A stretch of DNA of 64,000 bases from Candidatus Latescibacterota bacterium (GTDB lineage: Bacteria; Latescibacterota; UBA2968; UBA8231): the NCBI GenBank assembly GCA_965203355.1, contig OZ241889.1:544001-608000 (forward strand), given 5' to 3'. Shown one piece after another: positions 17,894-27,881 of this stretch (position 1 is its first letter; every line of letters begins with the position of its first letter). The position numbers and the translations under genes were made by a program. The notes under the pieces were generated by a model, which saw nothing but the letters and a program-made list of their open reading frames with translations, did not search any database and was not told the DNA's origin.

Positions 17894-18826
17894 ATGATTG
17901 ATATGAACTTTCCCAAACTCGACGAAGCCACGCGCCTTGAGCGATTGACGCCGCCGACCAGCAAGGTGCGGATGGTGCTCGACACGGATACGTACAACGA
18001 AATCGACGACCAGTTCGCAGTGGTCCAAGCCCTGCTCTCGCCCGACCAACTCGCGGTCGAGGCGATCTACGCGGCCCCTTTCTACAACAGTCGTTCGGCC
18101 GGGCCGGGCGACGGAATGGAGCAAAGCTACGCGGAAATCCTGCGGCTACTGAAGCGGTTGGAGATGGCACCGGAGGGCTTGGTATTCCGGGGAGCAATGG
18201 ACATCCTGCGAGACGACGTGCCGCAGGAAAGCGCGGCGGTCGAAGATCTAATCGCCAAAGCCAACGCCGCCGATCCGCTCTACGTAGTGGCCATCGGCGC
18301 ACTTACCAACGTAGCCTCGGCTATCCTGAACGATCCTACCATCATTGAGCGAATCGTCGTAGTCTGGCTCGGTGGCCACGCGCTCTATTGGCCGACCGCT
18401 AACGAATTCAACCTCCAAGGCGATCTCATGGCAGCGCAGGTAGTCTTCGGCTGCGGCGTACCCTTGGTCCAGATTCCATGTCATCCGGTGGCCTCGCATC
18501 TCCAAACGACGCGGGCAGAGTTGGAGCACTTCGTCAAGGGACGAGGGGCCGTTGGCGATTATCTAGTCGAAATATTCGCCGCCTATGCCCAAAATCACTT
18601 CGCCTCTTCCAAGGTGATTTGGGATCTGTCAGCGGCCGCTTGGTTGCTCGACTCGTCGTGGGTGCCGACCGACGTGGTGCATAGCCCGGTACTGACCGAT
18701 CAGAAAACCTGGAGCCACGATCCGTCGCGGCACTTTATGCGGGTGGCGCGAACCGTGCGGCGCGATGCGATTTTCGGGGATTTGTTCAGGAAACTGGATC
18801 AATGGGCGGGAAAGCTCAACGCCTAA
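17894..18826 (+). CDS. Nucleoside hydrolase (IUNH family)
   Basis: LDTDTYNEIDD, AIGALTN, WLGG, EFN, IWD. Confidence 0.88.
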   Translation: MIDMNFPKLDEATRLERLTPPTSKVRMVLDTDTYNEIDDQFAVVQALLSPDQLAVEAIYAAPFYNSRSAGPGDGMEQSYAEILRLLKRLEMAPEGLVFRGAMDILRDDVPQESAAVEDLIAKANAADPLYVVAIGALTNVASAILNDPTIIERIVVVWLGGHALYWPTANEFNLQGDLMAAQVVFGCGVPLVQIPCHPVASHLQTTRAELEHFVKGRGAVGDYLVEIFAAYAQNHFASSKVIWDLSAAAWLLDSSWVPTDVVHSPVLTDQKTWSHDPSRHFMRVARTVRRDAIFGDLFRKLDQWAGKLNA

Positions 18827-18865
18827 ATCATTGCGTCGGAGCGAGTCGATTAGTAGCATTCATTC

Positions 18866-21301
18866 ATGGCCACCGTCGTCCTCACCGAAAAGCCCAGCGT
18901 GGCACGCGACATTGCCCGGGTCTTAGGAGCCAACAAACGCGGCCAAGGCCACGTCGAAGGCAACGGCTATATCGTCACCTGGGCACTAGGGCACCTCGTG
19001 CAATTCGCCGAACCAGACGACTACGGTCCGCCTTGGAACAGCCGCTGGTCCTTTGCCCAGCTACCGATGATCCCCGAGCGGTGGAAACTCAAGACGACGC
19101 GCTCGACCTCCGACCAGTACCAAATCGTCAAAAAGTTGCTCAACAGCCCGCAGACCGAGCGCATCATCTGCGCCACGGATGCCGGGCGCGAAGGCGAGCA
19201 TATCTTTCGCCTGATCTACGAGCACACCCGCTGCAAAAAGCCGTTTAGCAGGCTGTGGGTTTCGAGCCTGACCGACGAAGCGATTCAGAGCGGCTTCCGC
19301 GCCTTGCAGGAAGGAGCGGCTTTCGACCATCTCGCCGCGGCCGCACGGGCGCGCGGTCAAGCCGATTGGCTGATGGGCATGAACCTGACCCGCGCCTATA
19401 CCGTCCACAACAAGGCACTCTGCACCATCGGCCGGGTGCAGACGCCGACCCTGTCCATGGTGGTCAAGCGCGACGCGGCGATTGCCAGCTTTGTAAAGGC
19501 GTATTTCTACGAGTTAGTGGCGCAGTTAGCAGAGGGCTTTGCCGCTAAGTACTGCAAGGACGGCCAGACGCGCATCGACAACAAGGAGGAAGCCGAGCGC
19601 CTGCATCGCCAGCTCAGCCCCAACAAGGTCGGCACCGTCCGAAAAATCGAGCAGAAGATCAAAAGGAACCGGCCACCCGCCCTATACGATCTCAACAATC
19701 TCCAGCGCGACGCCAACCGCTGCTTTGGCTTTACTGCGGCGCAAACCCTCCAACGCGCCCAAGCCCTGTACGAAGCCCACAAGCTCATCACGTACCCGCG
19801 CACCGAGAGCCGCCACATCTCCGAGGACATGGTGCCCAAGCTGCCCGGCATCTTGGAAAAGCTAGCGCACCCACAAGCCGCGGTGGCCCTGGAGCGTCTG
19901 CGCGGCGGGCATCGGCTCGGCAGAGCGTATGTCGACCGCACCAAGCTCACCGACCACCACGCCATCATTCCCACCGGGCAACAGCCCGCCCCCAATCTGG
20001 CACCAGACCTACAGAAGGTGTACGGCCTGATAGTGGCGCGCTTTGTCGGCATCTTCCTGCCCGACCAAACGGTCGAAGAGACCACCGTTTGGCTCGACAT
20101 CGGTGGGGCCGATTTTGTGGCCAAGGGATCGGTCGTCTTAGAGGCGGGTTGGACGGTCGTCGCCGTGCGGCCTCCAAACGCCACAAAGAAAGACGACGAC
20201 CCGCGACAGGTGCTCCCACCGCTGCAACAAGGCCAGCAAGTTTGCGTAACGCGCATGGATGTGGTCGAAAAAGAAACCCAACCACCACGGCCCTATACAG
20301 ACGCCACGCTGCTAGCGGCCATGAAGAACGCCGGCCGCGAACTCGAGGACGACGAGTTGGCCGCGGCCCTGAAGGAATCCGGGCTAGGCACACCGGCCAC
20401 GCGGGCCGAGACCATCGAAAAGCTGATTCGCACCGGCTATGTAGTCCGCGACCGCAAGTCGATCGCCTCGACGGAGAAGGGCAAAGCACTCGTGAGCTTG
20501 GTAGCCGAACCGCTGCGCAGTCCCGAATTGACGGCCGAGTGGGAGCAACAGCTTAAAGACGTCGAAGAAGGGCAGCGGCCGGTGGCGGGGTTCTACGAAG
20601 GGATTGCCGATTTGGTGAGGACGCTAGTGCCCAAGGTCCAGCAAGGACCGGCACTCTCCCCCGAGCAAGCGGCCCAGGCGCAAGGCAAGAAGAGAGGCGG
20701 CAGTAAAAGTCGCGGCAAGGTGTTAGGGCCTTGTCCCAAGTGCAAAGAGGGCCAAGTAGTAGAAAACGCCAAAGCGTACGGATGCAGCCGCTATCGGGCC
20801 GGCTGCAACTTTACCATCTGGAAGACGGTGGCGCGCAAGCGGCTTACCGAAAAGCAGGCGCAGTTGTTGCTGGCCAATGGGCGCACCGAAAAGATGCCGG
20901 GCTTTGTCTCCAAGGCCGGCAAGAAGTTTGCGGCGCGGCTCAAGTTCGGCGATGAATACAAGGTCGTCTTCGAGTTTGACGAGCGGCCGCAGAATGGCTC
21001 GGCTCGGTCGGAGCAACAGGAGACCGCCCCCCTCACCTGTCCCAAGTGCCAGCAGGGCCAAATTATCGAGGGCCAGCGCGGCTTTGGCTGCAATCGCTAT
21101 CGCGCGGGGTGCGACTTTGTGGTATGGAAGGAAATGTCAGGTAAAAAGCTGACCGAAAAGCAAATCCACACCTTGATCGCCAAAGGCAAAACCGGCGTGA
21201 TCAAGGGCTTCAAAAGCAAAAAGGGCGGTAAGTTCGACGCACGGCTGAAGCTCGGGCCAGCGTACGAGGCCGCGTTTGATTTTCCCGCTGATACGCGCTG
21301 A
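18866..21301 (+). CDS. topB: DNA topoisomerase III with C-terminal Zn-ribbon repeats
   Basis: EKPSVA, DAGREGE, GRVQTPTL, ITYPRT (catalytic Tyr), GLGTPATR; two CPKC...GCxRY repeats. Confidence 0.93.
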   Translation: MATVVLTEKPSVARDIARVLGANKRGQGHVEGNGYIVTWALGHLVQFAEPDDYGPPWNSRWSFAQLPMIPERWKLKTTRSTSDQYQIVKKLLNSPQTERIICATDAGREGEHIFRLIYEHTRCKKPFSRLWVSSLTDEAIQSGFRALQEGAAFDHLAAAARARGQADWLMGMNLTRAYTVHNKALCTIGRVQTPTLSMVVKRDAAIASFVKAYFYELVAQLAEGFAAKYCKDGQTRIDNKEEAERLHRQLSPNKVGTVRKIEQKIKRNRPPALYDLNNLQRDANRCFGFTAAQTLQRAQALYEAHKLITYPRTESRHISEDMVPKLPGILEKLAHPQAAVALERLRGGHRLGRAYVDRTKLTDHHAIIPTGQQPAPNLAPDLQKVYGLIVARFVGIFLPDQTVEETTVWLDIGGADFVAKGSVVLEAGWTVVAVRPPNATKKDDDPRQVLPPLQQGQQVCVTRMDVVEKETQPPRPYTDATLLAAMKNAGRELEDDELAAALKESGLGTPATRAETIEKLIRTGYVVRDRKSIASTEKGKALVSLVAEPLRSPELTAEWEQQLKDVEEGQRPVAGFYEGIADLVRTLVPKVQQGPALSPEQAAQAQGKKRGGSKSRGKVLGPCPKCKEGQVVENAKAYGCSRYRAGCNFTIWKTVARKRLTEKQAQLLLANGRTEKMPGFVSKAGKKFAARLKFGDEYKVVFEFDERPQNGSARSEQQETAPLTCPKCQQGQIIEGQRGFGCNRYRAGCDFVVWKEMSGKKLTEKQIHTLIAKGKTGVIKGFKSKKGGKFDARLKLGPAYEAAFDFPADTR

Positions 21302-21302
21302 C

Positions 21303-21881
21303 ATGGCTCGCCAACGCTGCCCTTGGCTCGCCCTCGACAAACCCGATTACGTCGCGTACCACGACCGCGAGTGGGGAGTCCCGGTCCACGACGACCGCAA
21401 GCACTTTGAGTTTCTCACCCTTGAATCCGCCCAAGCCGGCCTCAGTTGGTACACCGTCCTACGCAAGCGCGCCAACTACCGCCAAGCCTTCGCCGAATTC
21501 AACCCGGCCCACGTCGCTCGCTTCAGCGCAGCCAAGGTCGAACAGATGCTCCAAGACCCCGGGCTGATTCGCAATCGCCGCAAGATCAGCGCGGCCGTAG
21601 AAAACGCGCAGCACTTCCTCGCCGTGCAGGACGAATTCGGCAGCTTCAGCACCTATATTTGGCACTTTGTCAATGGCGAGCCTATCGTCAACGAGTTCCG
21701 CACTCTCGCCGATTTACCGGCCACCAGCCGCGAGTCCGACGCCTTGAGCAAAGACCTCAAAAGCCGCGGCTTCAAGTTCATCGGCTCGACCGTCATCTAC
21801 GCCCACATGCAAGCCACCGGCCTAGTCAACGACCACGTCCTCGGCTGCTTCCGCCGCAGTCAGATTCTCAACGCGGAATAG
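21303..21881 (+). CDS. tag: DNA-3-methyladenine glycosylase I
   Basis: RCPW, YHDREWG, LESAQAGLSW, GFKFIG, QATGLVNDH. Confidence 0.95.
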   Translation: MARQRCPWLALDKPDYVAYHDREWGVPVHDDRKHFEFLTLESAQAGLSWYTVLRKRANYRQAFAEFNPAHVARFSAAKVEQMLQDPGLIRNRRKISAAVENAQHFLAVQDEFGSFSTYIWHFVNGEPIVNEFRTLADLPATSRESDALSKDLKSRGFKFIGSTVIYAHMQATGLVNDHVLGCFRRSQILNAE

Positions 21882-21966
21882 GCGCGTTTCCATGCTCAGC
21901 AATGCGCCCAACGCCGCGCGCTCGCACTGGCTCAAACTCTGACCCTTCGTCGGCACCCAGAAGCCT

Positions 21967-22779
21967 ATGAACACCGCCCATCCACTGCTCGACATTGAGC
22001 GCATCAACGGGCCGCCCGGCCCGTATCTCGAAGCAATCGGCACCGTATTTGCCACCTTCGGTGAGCCCGTCCAAGACTCGGGCAACGTCTCCTATGGCGT
22101 ACAGATTGGCAGCGAGCGCTTCTTCGTCAAAACCACCAATCCCGAAGCCGAGGCATACTGCGACCACGAGGCCCGCCGGGCATTGCTGTACAATGCCGCC
22201 CGGCTGCGGCGTAGTTGCGATCATCCGACCTTGCCAGTGCTGCATCGCATCGTCGAAACGGCGCACGGCCCGGCACTCGTGTACGACTGGGTTGACGGCG
22301 AGTGCCTATACCATAGACGCGCTGATCCACAATCGGCGCATCGGCGATTTCGCCGCCTACCCACCGCTGCCATTCTCGCCGTGCTCGCCGCGATCTACGA
22401 TTTGCACGTCCAGCTCGTCCAGCGCGGGTGGATTGCCGTGGACTTCTACGATGGCTGTCTGATGTACGACTTCGAGCGCCAAGCCGCGCACATCGTCGAT
22501 CTCGATACCTATCACTTGGGGGCGTTTACCAACCAGATGGGGCGGATGTTTGGCTCGACGCGCTTCATGGCACCAGAAGAATTTGAGCGCGGCGCGCTAA
22601 TCGACGAGCGCACGACCGTCTTTACCATGGGCCGCACCGCAGTCGTATGCCTCGGCGACGACATCGGCGGTGCGATGGGGGAGGTCGTCGGCCGCGCCTG
22701 TCGCCCAGAGCGCGAGGAACGCTACCCTTCTATGGAGGAGTTTTACGCGGCTTGGCAGCGGGCGCGGTGTACCCTTTAG
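21967..22779 (+). CDS. Ser/Thr protein kinase-like protein
   Basis: FFVK, DFYDG catalytic-loop variant, VDLD, GSTRFMAPEE, RYPS. Confidence 0.7.
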   Translation: MNTAHPLLDIERINGPPGPYLEAIGTVFATFGEPVQDSGNVSYGVQIGSERFFVKTTNPEAEAYCDHEARRALLYNAARLRRSCDHPTLPVLHRIVETAHGPALVYDWVDGECLYHRRADPQSAHRRFRRLPTAAILAVLAAIYDLHVQLVQRGWIAVDFYDGCLMYDFERQAAHIVDLDTYHLGAFTNQMGRMFGSTRFMAPEEFERGALIDERTTVFTMGRTAVVCLGDDIGGAMGEVVGRACRPEREERYPSMEEFYAAWQRARCTL

Positions 22780-22898
22780 GTATCAACGTCGTATCGCCTA
22801 ACTCCCATTCTGCACTTCAATATTCCTCCGGCCTCAGAGCACATCCCCGCTGGCACGGTTCTTGTTGCCTATTGCCTATCGCAACAGAAAGGAACCGC

Positions 22899-24425
22899 AT
22901 GCCCTCCACCGTCCTCTCGGCCGCTACGCTCGGTATTGACGCGTACCCGGTCCACGTCGAAGTCGATACCGACCGCAGCTTGCCGACCTTCACAGTCGTC
23001 GGCCTGCCCGACTCCGCGGTCCGCGAAAGCAAAGAGCGCGTCTTGGCGGCCATCAAAAACGCTGGCTATCAGTGGCCGCGTCGCAAGATCACCATCAATC
23101 TCGCGCCGGCCGACCGCAAGAAGGAAGGCTCGGCTTTCGACCTGCCCATCGCCGTCGGCGTCTTGGCGGCCTCGCAGCAGATCAAGCCCTTGGGTCTCGC
23201 CGAGTTCGCGCTCTTGGGCGAGCTATCGCTCAACGGCAGCGTACGCCCGGTCCACGGCATGCTGTCCATGGCCACATCCCTGCACCAGCAGGGCCTCTAC
23301 GGCATGATCGTACCCACGCAAAACGCCCGCGAGGCCGCCATTGCCAATGGGCCGCTCGTCTATGGCGTCAGTTCGCTGAACGAAGCTATCGGCGTTTTGA
23401 CCGGCGACGCGCGCCAACGGCCCTACGAATTGAACGTGGAGGAGGTGTTCAGCAGCAACGCCAACTACGGGGTTGACTTTGCGGACGTGCGCGGTCAAGA
23501 TCACGCCAAGCGCGCCCTCGAAGTCGCCGCCAGCGGCGGGCACAACTTGCTCATGGTCGGGCCGCCCGGGTCGGGCAAGACCATGCTCGCCCGCCGCCTG
23601 CCCACGATCCTTCCGCCACCCACCCTGCAAGAAGCGCTCGCCACCACTAAGATCCATTCGGTCGCTGGCATCCTGCCTTCAGGCCAAGCTCTGGTCGCCA
23701 CCCGGCCCTTCCGCGCTCCGCACCATACCATCTCGGACGCGGGCCTCATTGGCGGTGGCGCGTACCCGCGTCCGGGCGAGGTTTCGCTCTCCCATCACGG
23801 CGTACTTTTCCTAGACGAGTTGCCCGAGTTTCGCCGCAACGTCGTCGAAGCCCTGCGCCAGCCGCTCGAAGACCACGCCGTTACCATCACGCGGGCGCAG
23901 GTCGCCATAGCCTATCCAGCGGATTTTACCCTGGTCGCGGCGATGAATCCCTGCCCCTGCGGCTACCTTGCGGATGCCCGCCGCACCTGCACCTGCTCTC
24001 CGGCCGCCATTCGCCGCTACCGCGCGCGCGTTTCCGGGCCGCTCCTCGACCGCATCGACATCCACATTGAAGTGCCAGCCCTCGCCTACGACGACTTGGC
24101 CAACAAGCAAGGCGGCGAAGGCTCGGCGCAAATCCGCCAGCGCGTCAACACCGCTCGCCAGCGGCAACTCGACCGCTTTGCCGGCGAGCTATTCTGCAAC
24201 GCCCAGATGAGTACGCGACACATCCGCCGCCATTGCTCGCTCGACGACGCCGGGCAGGCCCTGCTCGAAAAAGCGATGAACCGCCTCGGCCTGTCGGCCC
24301 GCGCCTACGACCGCATCCTCAAGGTCGCCCGCACTATCGCCGACTTGGCCGACGCCCCGATCCAGTCGCAGCACCTAGCCGAGGCCATACAATATCGAGC
24401 GCTGGACCGCAGCGGCCTCCTGTAG
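22899..24425 (+). CDS. comM: ComM/YifB Mg-chelatase-like AAA+ ATPase
   Basis: VGLPDSAVRES, NLAPA, GPPGSGKTM, FRAPHH, LFLDELPEF, NPCPCG, LSARAYDRILKVARTIADL. Confidence 0.95.
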   Translation: MPSTVLSAATLGIDAYPVHVEVDTDRSLPTFTVVGLPDSAVRESKERVLAAIKNAGYQWPRRKITINLAPADRKKEGSAFDLPIAVGVLAASQQIKPLGLAEFALLGELSLNGSVRPVHGMLSMATSLHQQGLYGMIVPTQNAREAAIANGPLVYGVSSLNEAIGVLTGDARQRPYELNVEEVFSSNANYGVDFADVRGQDHAKRALEVAASGGHNLLMVGPPGSGKTMLARRLPTILPPPTLQEALATTKIHSVAGILPSGQALVATRPFRAPHHTISDAGLIGGGAYPRPGEVSLSHHGVLFLDELPEFRRNVVEALRQPLEDHAVTITRAQVAIAYPADFTLVAAMNPCPCGYLADARRTCTCSPAAIRRYRARVSGPLLDRIDIHIEVPALAYDDLANKQGGEGSAQIRQRVNTARQRQLDRFAGELFCNAQMSTRHIRRHCSLDDAGQALLEKAMNRLGLSARAYDRILKVARTIADLADAPIQSQHLAEAIQYRALDRSGLL

Positions 24426-24479
24426 CTTGGGGACGCGGTTATAGCCAACGTAGCGCGTTGAGTGCCCGCGCTGCATATT
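24355..24479 (+). repeat. Left copy of a direct repeat (comM 3' end plus downstream ~55 bp)
   Basis: CCCCGATCCAGTCGCAGCACC...GCGGCCTCCTGTAGCTTGGGGACGCGGTTATAGCCAACGTAGCGCGTTGAGTGCCCGCGCTGCATATT recurs at 27882-27973. Confidence 0.92.
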
Positions 24480-24516
24480 CTGGCGGAAACGCGGCGAACT
24501 TTATACGGGAGTTGAG

Positions 24517-24768
24517 ATGGCGAATCTGCGCGAAGAAACCCTGAACACCTATCTGGCGAGCCTGCTCGACCGCTACGACGGCATTCGTGCGACCCCTGAA
24601 ATACGCGATGGCAGCGAAGCGATTGACATCACGGTCACCCATAGCAATGCGACCGCTGTAATACCTATCCTCATAGAAGCTAAAATTGGCGACTCGGTTG
24701 CCAATCGCCGCACGAAATTCTATATTGGAAAAGTTAGGAATCCCGTTGAATCCATCCAAAATAGATAA
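24517..24768 (+). pseudogene. N-terminal nuclease fragment of a type IIG-like R-M protein
   Basis: REETLNT..., IDI...ILIEAK PD-(D/E)xK-type core, after which the sequence turns AT-rich. Confidence 0.55.
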
Positions 24769-24773
24769 ATAAG

Positions 24774-24870
24774 ATGGACAATCAACTCATCTGCCGTGAT
24801 GCGACATCGCTAGCGATCTGCCCGTTAGTATAGTATTGACCTCATAGTAACCTCACCACCGTATAATTAG
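24774..24870 (+). pseudogene. Decayed 5' remnant of a second beta-class DNA methyltransferase
   Basis: MDNQLICRDA... and, after a frameshift, SIDLIVTSPPYN*. Confidence 0.6.
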
Positions 24871-24880
24871 GAGGGAAATA

Positions 24881-25699
24881 ATGAAGTCTGGCTGGATGAA
24901 TAATCTTCATATCGGGGACTGCCTTGACGTGATGCAGGATTTCCCAGACGAAAGCGTTGATCTGGTCGTAACGTCTCCACCCTATGCCGATGCCAGAAAA
25001 CGCACCTATGGCGGCATCCCCGCCGATTCTTATGTCCAGTGGTTTATTCCGATAGGGGTACAGATTCTACGGGTGCTAAAGCCTTCGGGGTCTTTTGTGC
25101 TGAATATCAAAGAGAAAGCCGTCAATGGCGAGAGACACCTCTATGTTTTAGACCTGATCAGTGCGCTTAGAAGAGAGGTCGGCTTTCGATGGGTTGAAGA
25201 GTATATCTGGCACAAGACGACCTCGGCCCCCGGTAAGTGGAAGTATCGGTTTCGGGATGGATGGGAAAGACTGTTGCACTTTACCAAGACCTCTAACTTC
25301 AAGATGAACCAAGAGGCTGTCATGGTGCCGGCAGGATCGTGGACTAAGGCTCGGCTGAAGAACATGGGAGAAAGGGATTACCAGCGGAATAATTCCGCTA
25401 CCCAATCAGGGATCGGTCGAAATATGTCGGCTTGGTCTAAACGGGATATGGTGTACCCCAACAACGTGCTTCACAAAGCACCCGTCTGCCATAATACCGG
25501 CCATTCCGCTGCCTTCCCTGAATGGCTACCGGCATTTTTCATCGAACTATTTACCGATGCAGGAGATGTTGTCCTTGATCCCTTTCTTGGCTCCGGGACC
25601 ACCTTTAGAGTAGCTGAAAAGCTCAATCGCACCCCCATCGGCATTGAGCTACACGCCGAAAACGTAGAGGATATGGCTTGTGCTCCCTTGGGTTTCTGA
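24881..25699 (+). CDS. Beta-class N4-cytosine/N6-adenine DNA methyltransferase
   Basis: GDCL, VDLVVTSPPY, HSAAFP, VLDPFLGSGTT; motif IV precedes motif I. Confidence 0.92.
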   Translation: MKSGWMNNLHIGDCLDVMQDFPDESVDLVVTSPPYADARKRTYGGIPADSYVQWFIPIGVQILRVLKPSGSFVLNIKEKAVNGERHLYVLDLISALRREVGFRWVEEYIWHKTTSAPGKWKYRFRDGWERLLHFTKTSNFKMNQEAVMVPAGSWTKARLKNMGERDYQRNNSATQSGIGRNMSAWSKRDMVYPNNVLHKAPVCHNTGHSAAFPEWLPAFFIELFTDAGDVVLDPFLGSGTTFRVAEKLNRTPIGIELHAENVEDMACAPLGF

Positions 25700-26315
25700 A
25701 GACGACTTTGAGCGAGAGCTTGTACGACTAAAAACAAGCTGCCGAAACGCACTTTCCGAATCTGAGCGTAGAAGAAAGAAAAATGTCGTTGATCCATTTT
25801 TGAGTCTTATGAAATCAGATACTTTCCGTATAAAGAGCGTCTGCGAGTTGAGATCTTCACAAGACACTGAATCGGCAAATCGGGGATTAAGCAATGCGAT
25901 TGGCCTCTTTCACCAGGGTATATTAGGATCAGTAGAAGGATGGGAAAACCATGACGATGTTTATGACTTGAGATCAGAAAAGAAAAAAATGATCGTTGAG
26001 TTAAAGAACAAGCACAACACCATGAACAGTACAGATAGAAGCGGCGTAATACAAAAACTGTCCAACTCAATTCAAAAAGAAGCGGCTGACTGGACAGCGG
26101 CCCTCGTCTTAATCATCCCTTCAGAACCCGAACGATATAGAAAAAATATTGGGAACAGAATCATCGAGATGGATGGTGCGAGTTTTTATCATTTGGTTAC
26201 GGGCCATAGCGATGCCATTCGCCAACTCTTTGAACATCTCTCCAATAGACTGTCTATCCCTGACGAAATTAGACTACATTGTAGAGAGATATTAGACCAT
26301 TCACTCCCGACGTGA
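25680..26315 (+). CDS. Eco47II-family restriction endonuclease
   Basis: KNVVDPF, LSNAIGLFHQGIL, ELKNKHNTMNS, DGASFYHLVTG. Confidence 0.78.
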   Translation: MLPWVSEDDFERELVRLKTSCRNALSESERRRKKNVVDPFLSLMKSDTFRIKSVCELRSSQDTESANRGLSNAIGLFHQGILGSVEGWENHDDVYDLRSEKKKMIVELKNKHNTMNSTDRSGVIQKLSNSIQKEAADWTAALVLIIPSEPERYRKNIGNRIIEMDGASFYHLVTGHSDAIRQLFEHLSNRLSIPDEIRLHCREILDHSLPT

Positions 26316-26325
26316 GAACTTACCT

Positions 26326-26574
26326 ATGTCCAACAAAATAAATCAACGCAAACGAAATAGAAGCCGAACACAATGTAAAAATATCAGAGAAAATGGAAAA
26401 AGATGCGGAAACAGGACATCAAACTTTGAAGGTGCTATCTATTGTCCACGTTGTGATATAGCGTTAATGCAGAAAGATCATCCTTTATTAGACGCCTACG
26501 AATCCATTTTAGATGGCAAAAACATGAACGGGAATAGCTTTCCTACTCAGATTGTCCCCGTAATTTCAAACTGA
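26326..26574 (+). CDS. Small basic Cys-containing (Zn-finger-like) hypothetical protein
   Basis: QCKNIRENGKRCGN...YCPRC; low GC. Confidence 0.45.
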   Translation: MSNKINQRKRNRSRTQCKNIRENGKRCGNRTSNFEGAIYCPRCDIALMQKDHPLLDAYESILDGKNMNGNSFPTQIVPVISN

Positions 26575-27855
26575 TACACTACCCGCAATCGCCAGTACGA
26601 TAGCCACAACCGCCGGGCGGTCCAAGAACGCGAGATTCAGATCGCCCAATTCGTCAAAATACGCGGCGACGAACTGGCTTTTAGGGCGATTGATCAGACT
26701 AGTATCCAAACGTTCTTTTCGCCTTTAGCGGATGTACTGTTGAAGCGAGAAAAGGCCATCCTAGCAAATGTTGTCCCGACGACCGCGCTGACTAGTGTAT
26801 CGGGCATTAATCAGCGGAAATTGCTCGCCGACCGTTTCCAAATCGAAACCATCATCACCAGCCACGACCCGCGGCGCATCAACTTCTCCGAGAACACGAG
26901 TATTCACGAATCCCTGCTGATCGCCCGGCGTCCCGGTGAAGAGCGCCAGCCAACGCGGTTCATTTCGCTCGCCCGGATGCCGCGAGACGCCCACGAAGCC
27001 ATTTTGCTGTCGGACTTAATCAATGGGGGGAAGCCGCTCGACGATTGGGGAACGGAACACGATTGGCCGTGGCCGCGTATCCGCACAGGCGACTGGAGTG
27101 CCGCGCAGTTTTACGACGGGGTGCTAGCCCATGCGATTCAGGATCTCGAAGCACTCGCGGGTACGGGGCTTAGGCCGGCGGGCGAACTTTGCCATATCGA
27201 ACCCGGCGGGCAAAGAGTCCGCGACGCCTTCCTGCGCGACCCCGCGCCGAATGCGCCGTGGACGGCACCCATCCTCTGGGATCACGAGACGAATGTCTGC
27301 GTTTGCATGGACGCTAAGGCGGATGTCGGCGGCGCGCCCAAGAGCGGTAAAGAGACCTATGCTCGCTCTCTGACGGGAAAAGCCAGTCGGCTGCTCATCG
27401 CCAATCGGTTGTACACGCATCAGGTGCGGTTGGCAGCGTGTTATGCTGCCGAACCTTTACTCGGTTCCTCATGGTGTCCAGTGCGGCCCATCGTGCCGAA
27501 TCCCATTTTAGAACGGGCGTTATGCGCTTGGTGGAATTCTACGCCCGGTATTCTTACGCTGCTTCACTGTCGGTCAAAGAAACTTACCTATCCACGATAT
27601 GCCCTCGAATCGCTCCGCTCCCTGCTCATCCCCGATCCGAACCACGCCGATGTGTCGCCGCTCGCCGATGCCTTTGAGCAGACGCGTTCGCAAACGCTGG
27701 GGTCGTGGCCGCAGATGGCCGCGTGTCCAGTGCGCGCCGTTCTCGACCAAGCCGCAGCCCGCGTCTTGCGTATGGATGGCCGCACCTTGGCCGATTGGCG
27801 CGAGCGCATCGCCGCCGAGCCGACGGTGTCCGGGGCGGTTGTCGGTGCGAGGTGA
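26575..27855 (+). pseudogene. C-terminal half (post-NPP motif MTase region plus target-recognition domain) of a type IIG-like R-M protein
   Basis: Frame open from 26575 (YTTRN..., where an NPPF/Y-TRN motif is expected); VVPTT, IETIITSHDP..FSENTSIHESLL, AWWNSTPG; no good start or RBS. Confidence 0.65.
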
Positions 27856-27881
27856 GATCGCGTTCCAGCCGTTCTCCATTT

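Noticed and set aside
20730-21290. Internal repeat at the end of topB as a separate element
   Set aside because: Explained by the known C-terminal Zn-ribbon repeats of topoisomerase III.
22850-22866. Sigma54 promoter upstream of comM (CTGGCACGGTTCTTGT)
   Set aside because: The -24 box is good, but the -12 GC reads GT; too weak to call.
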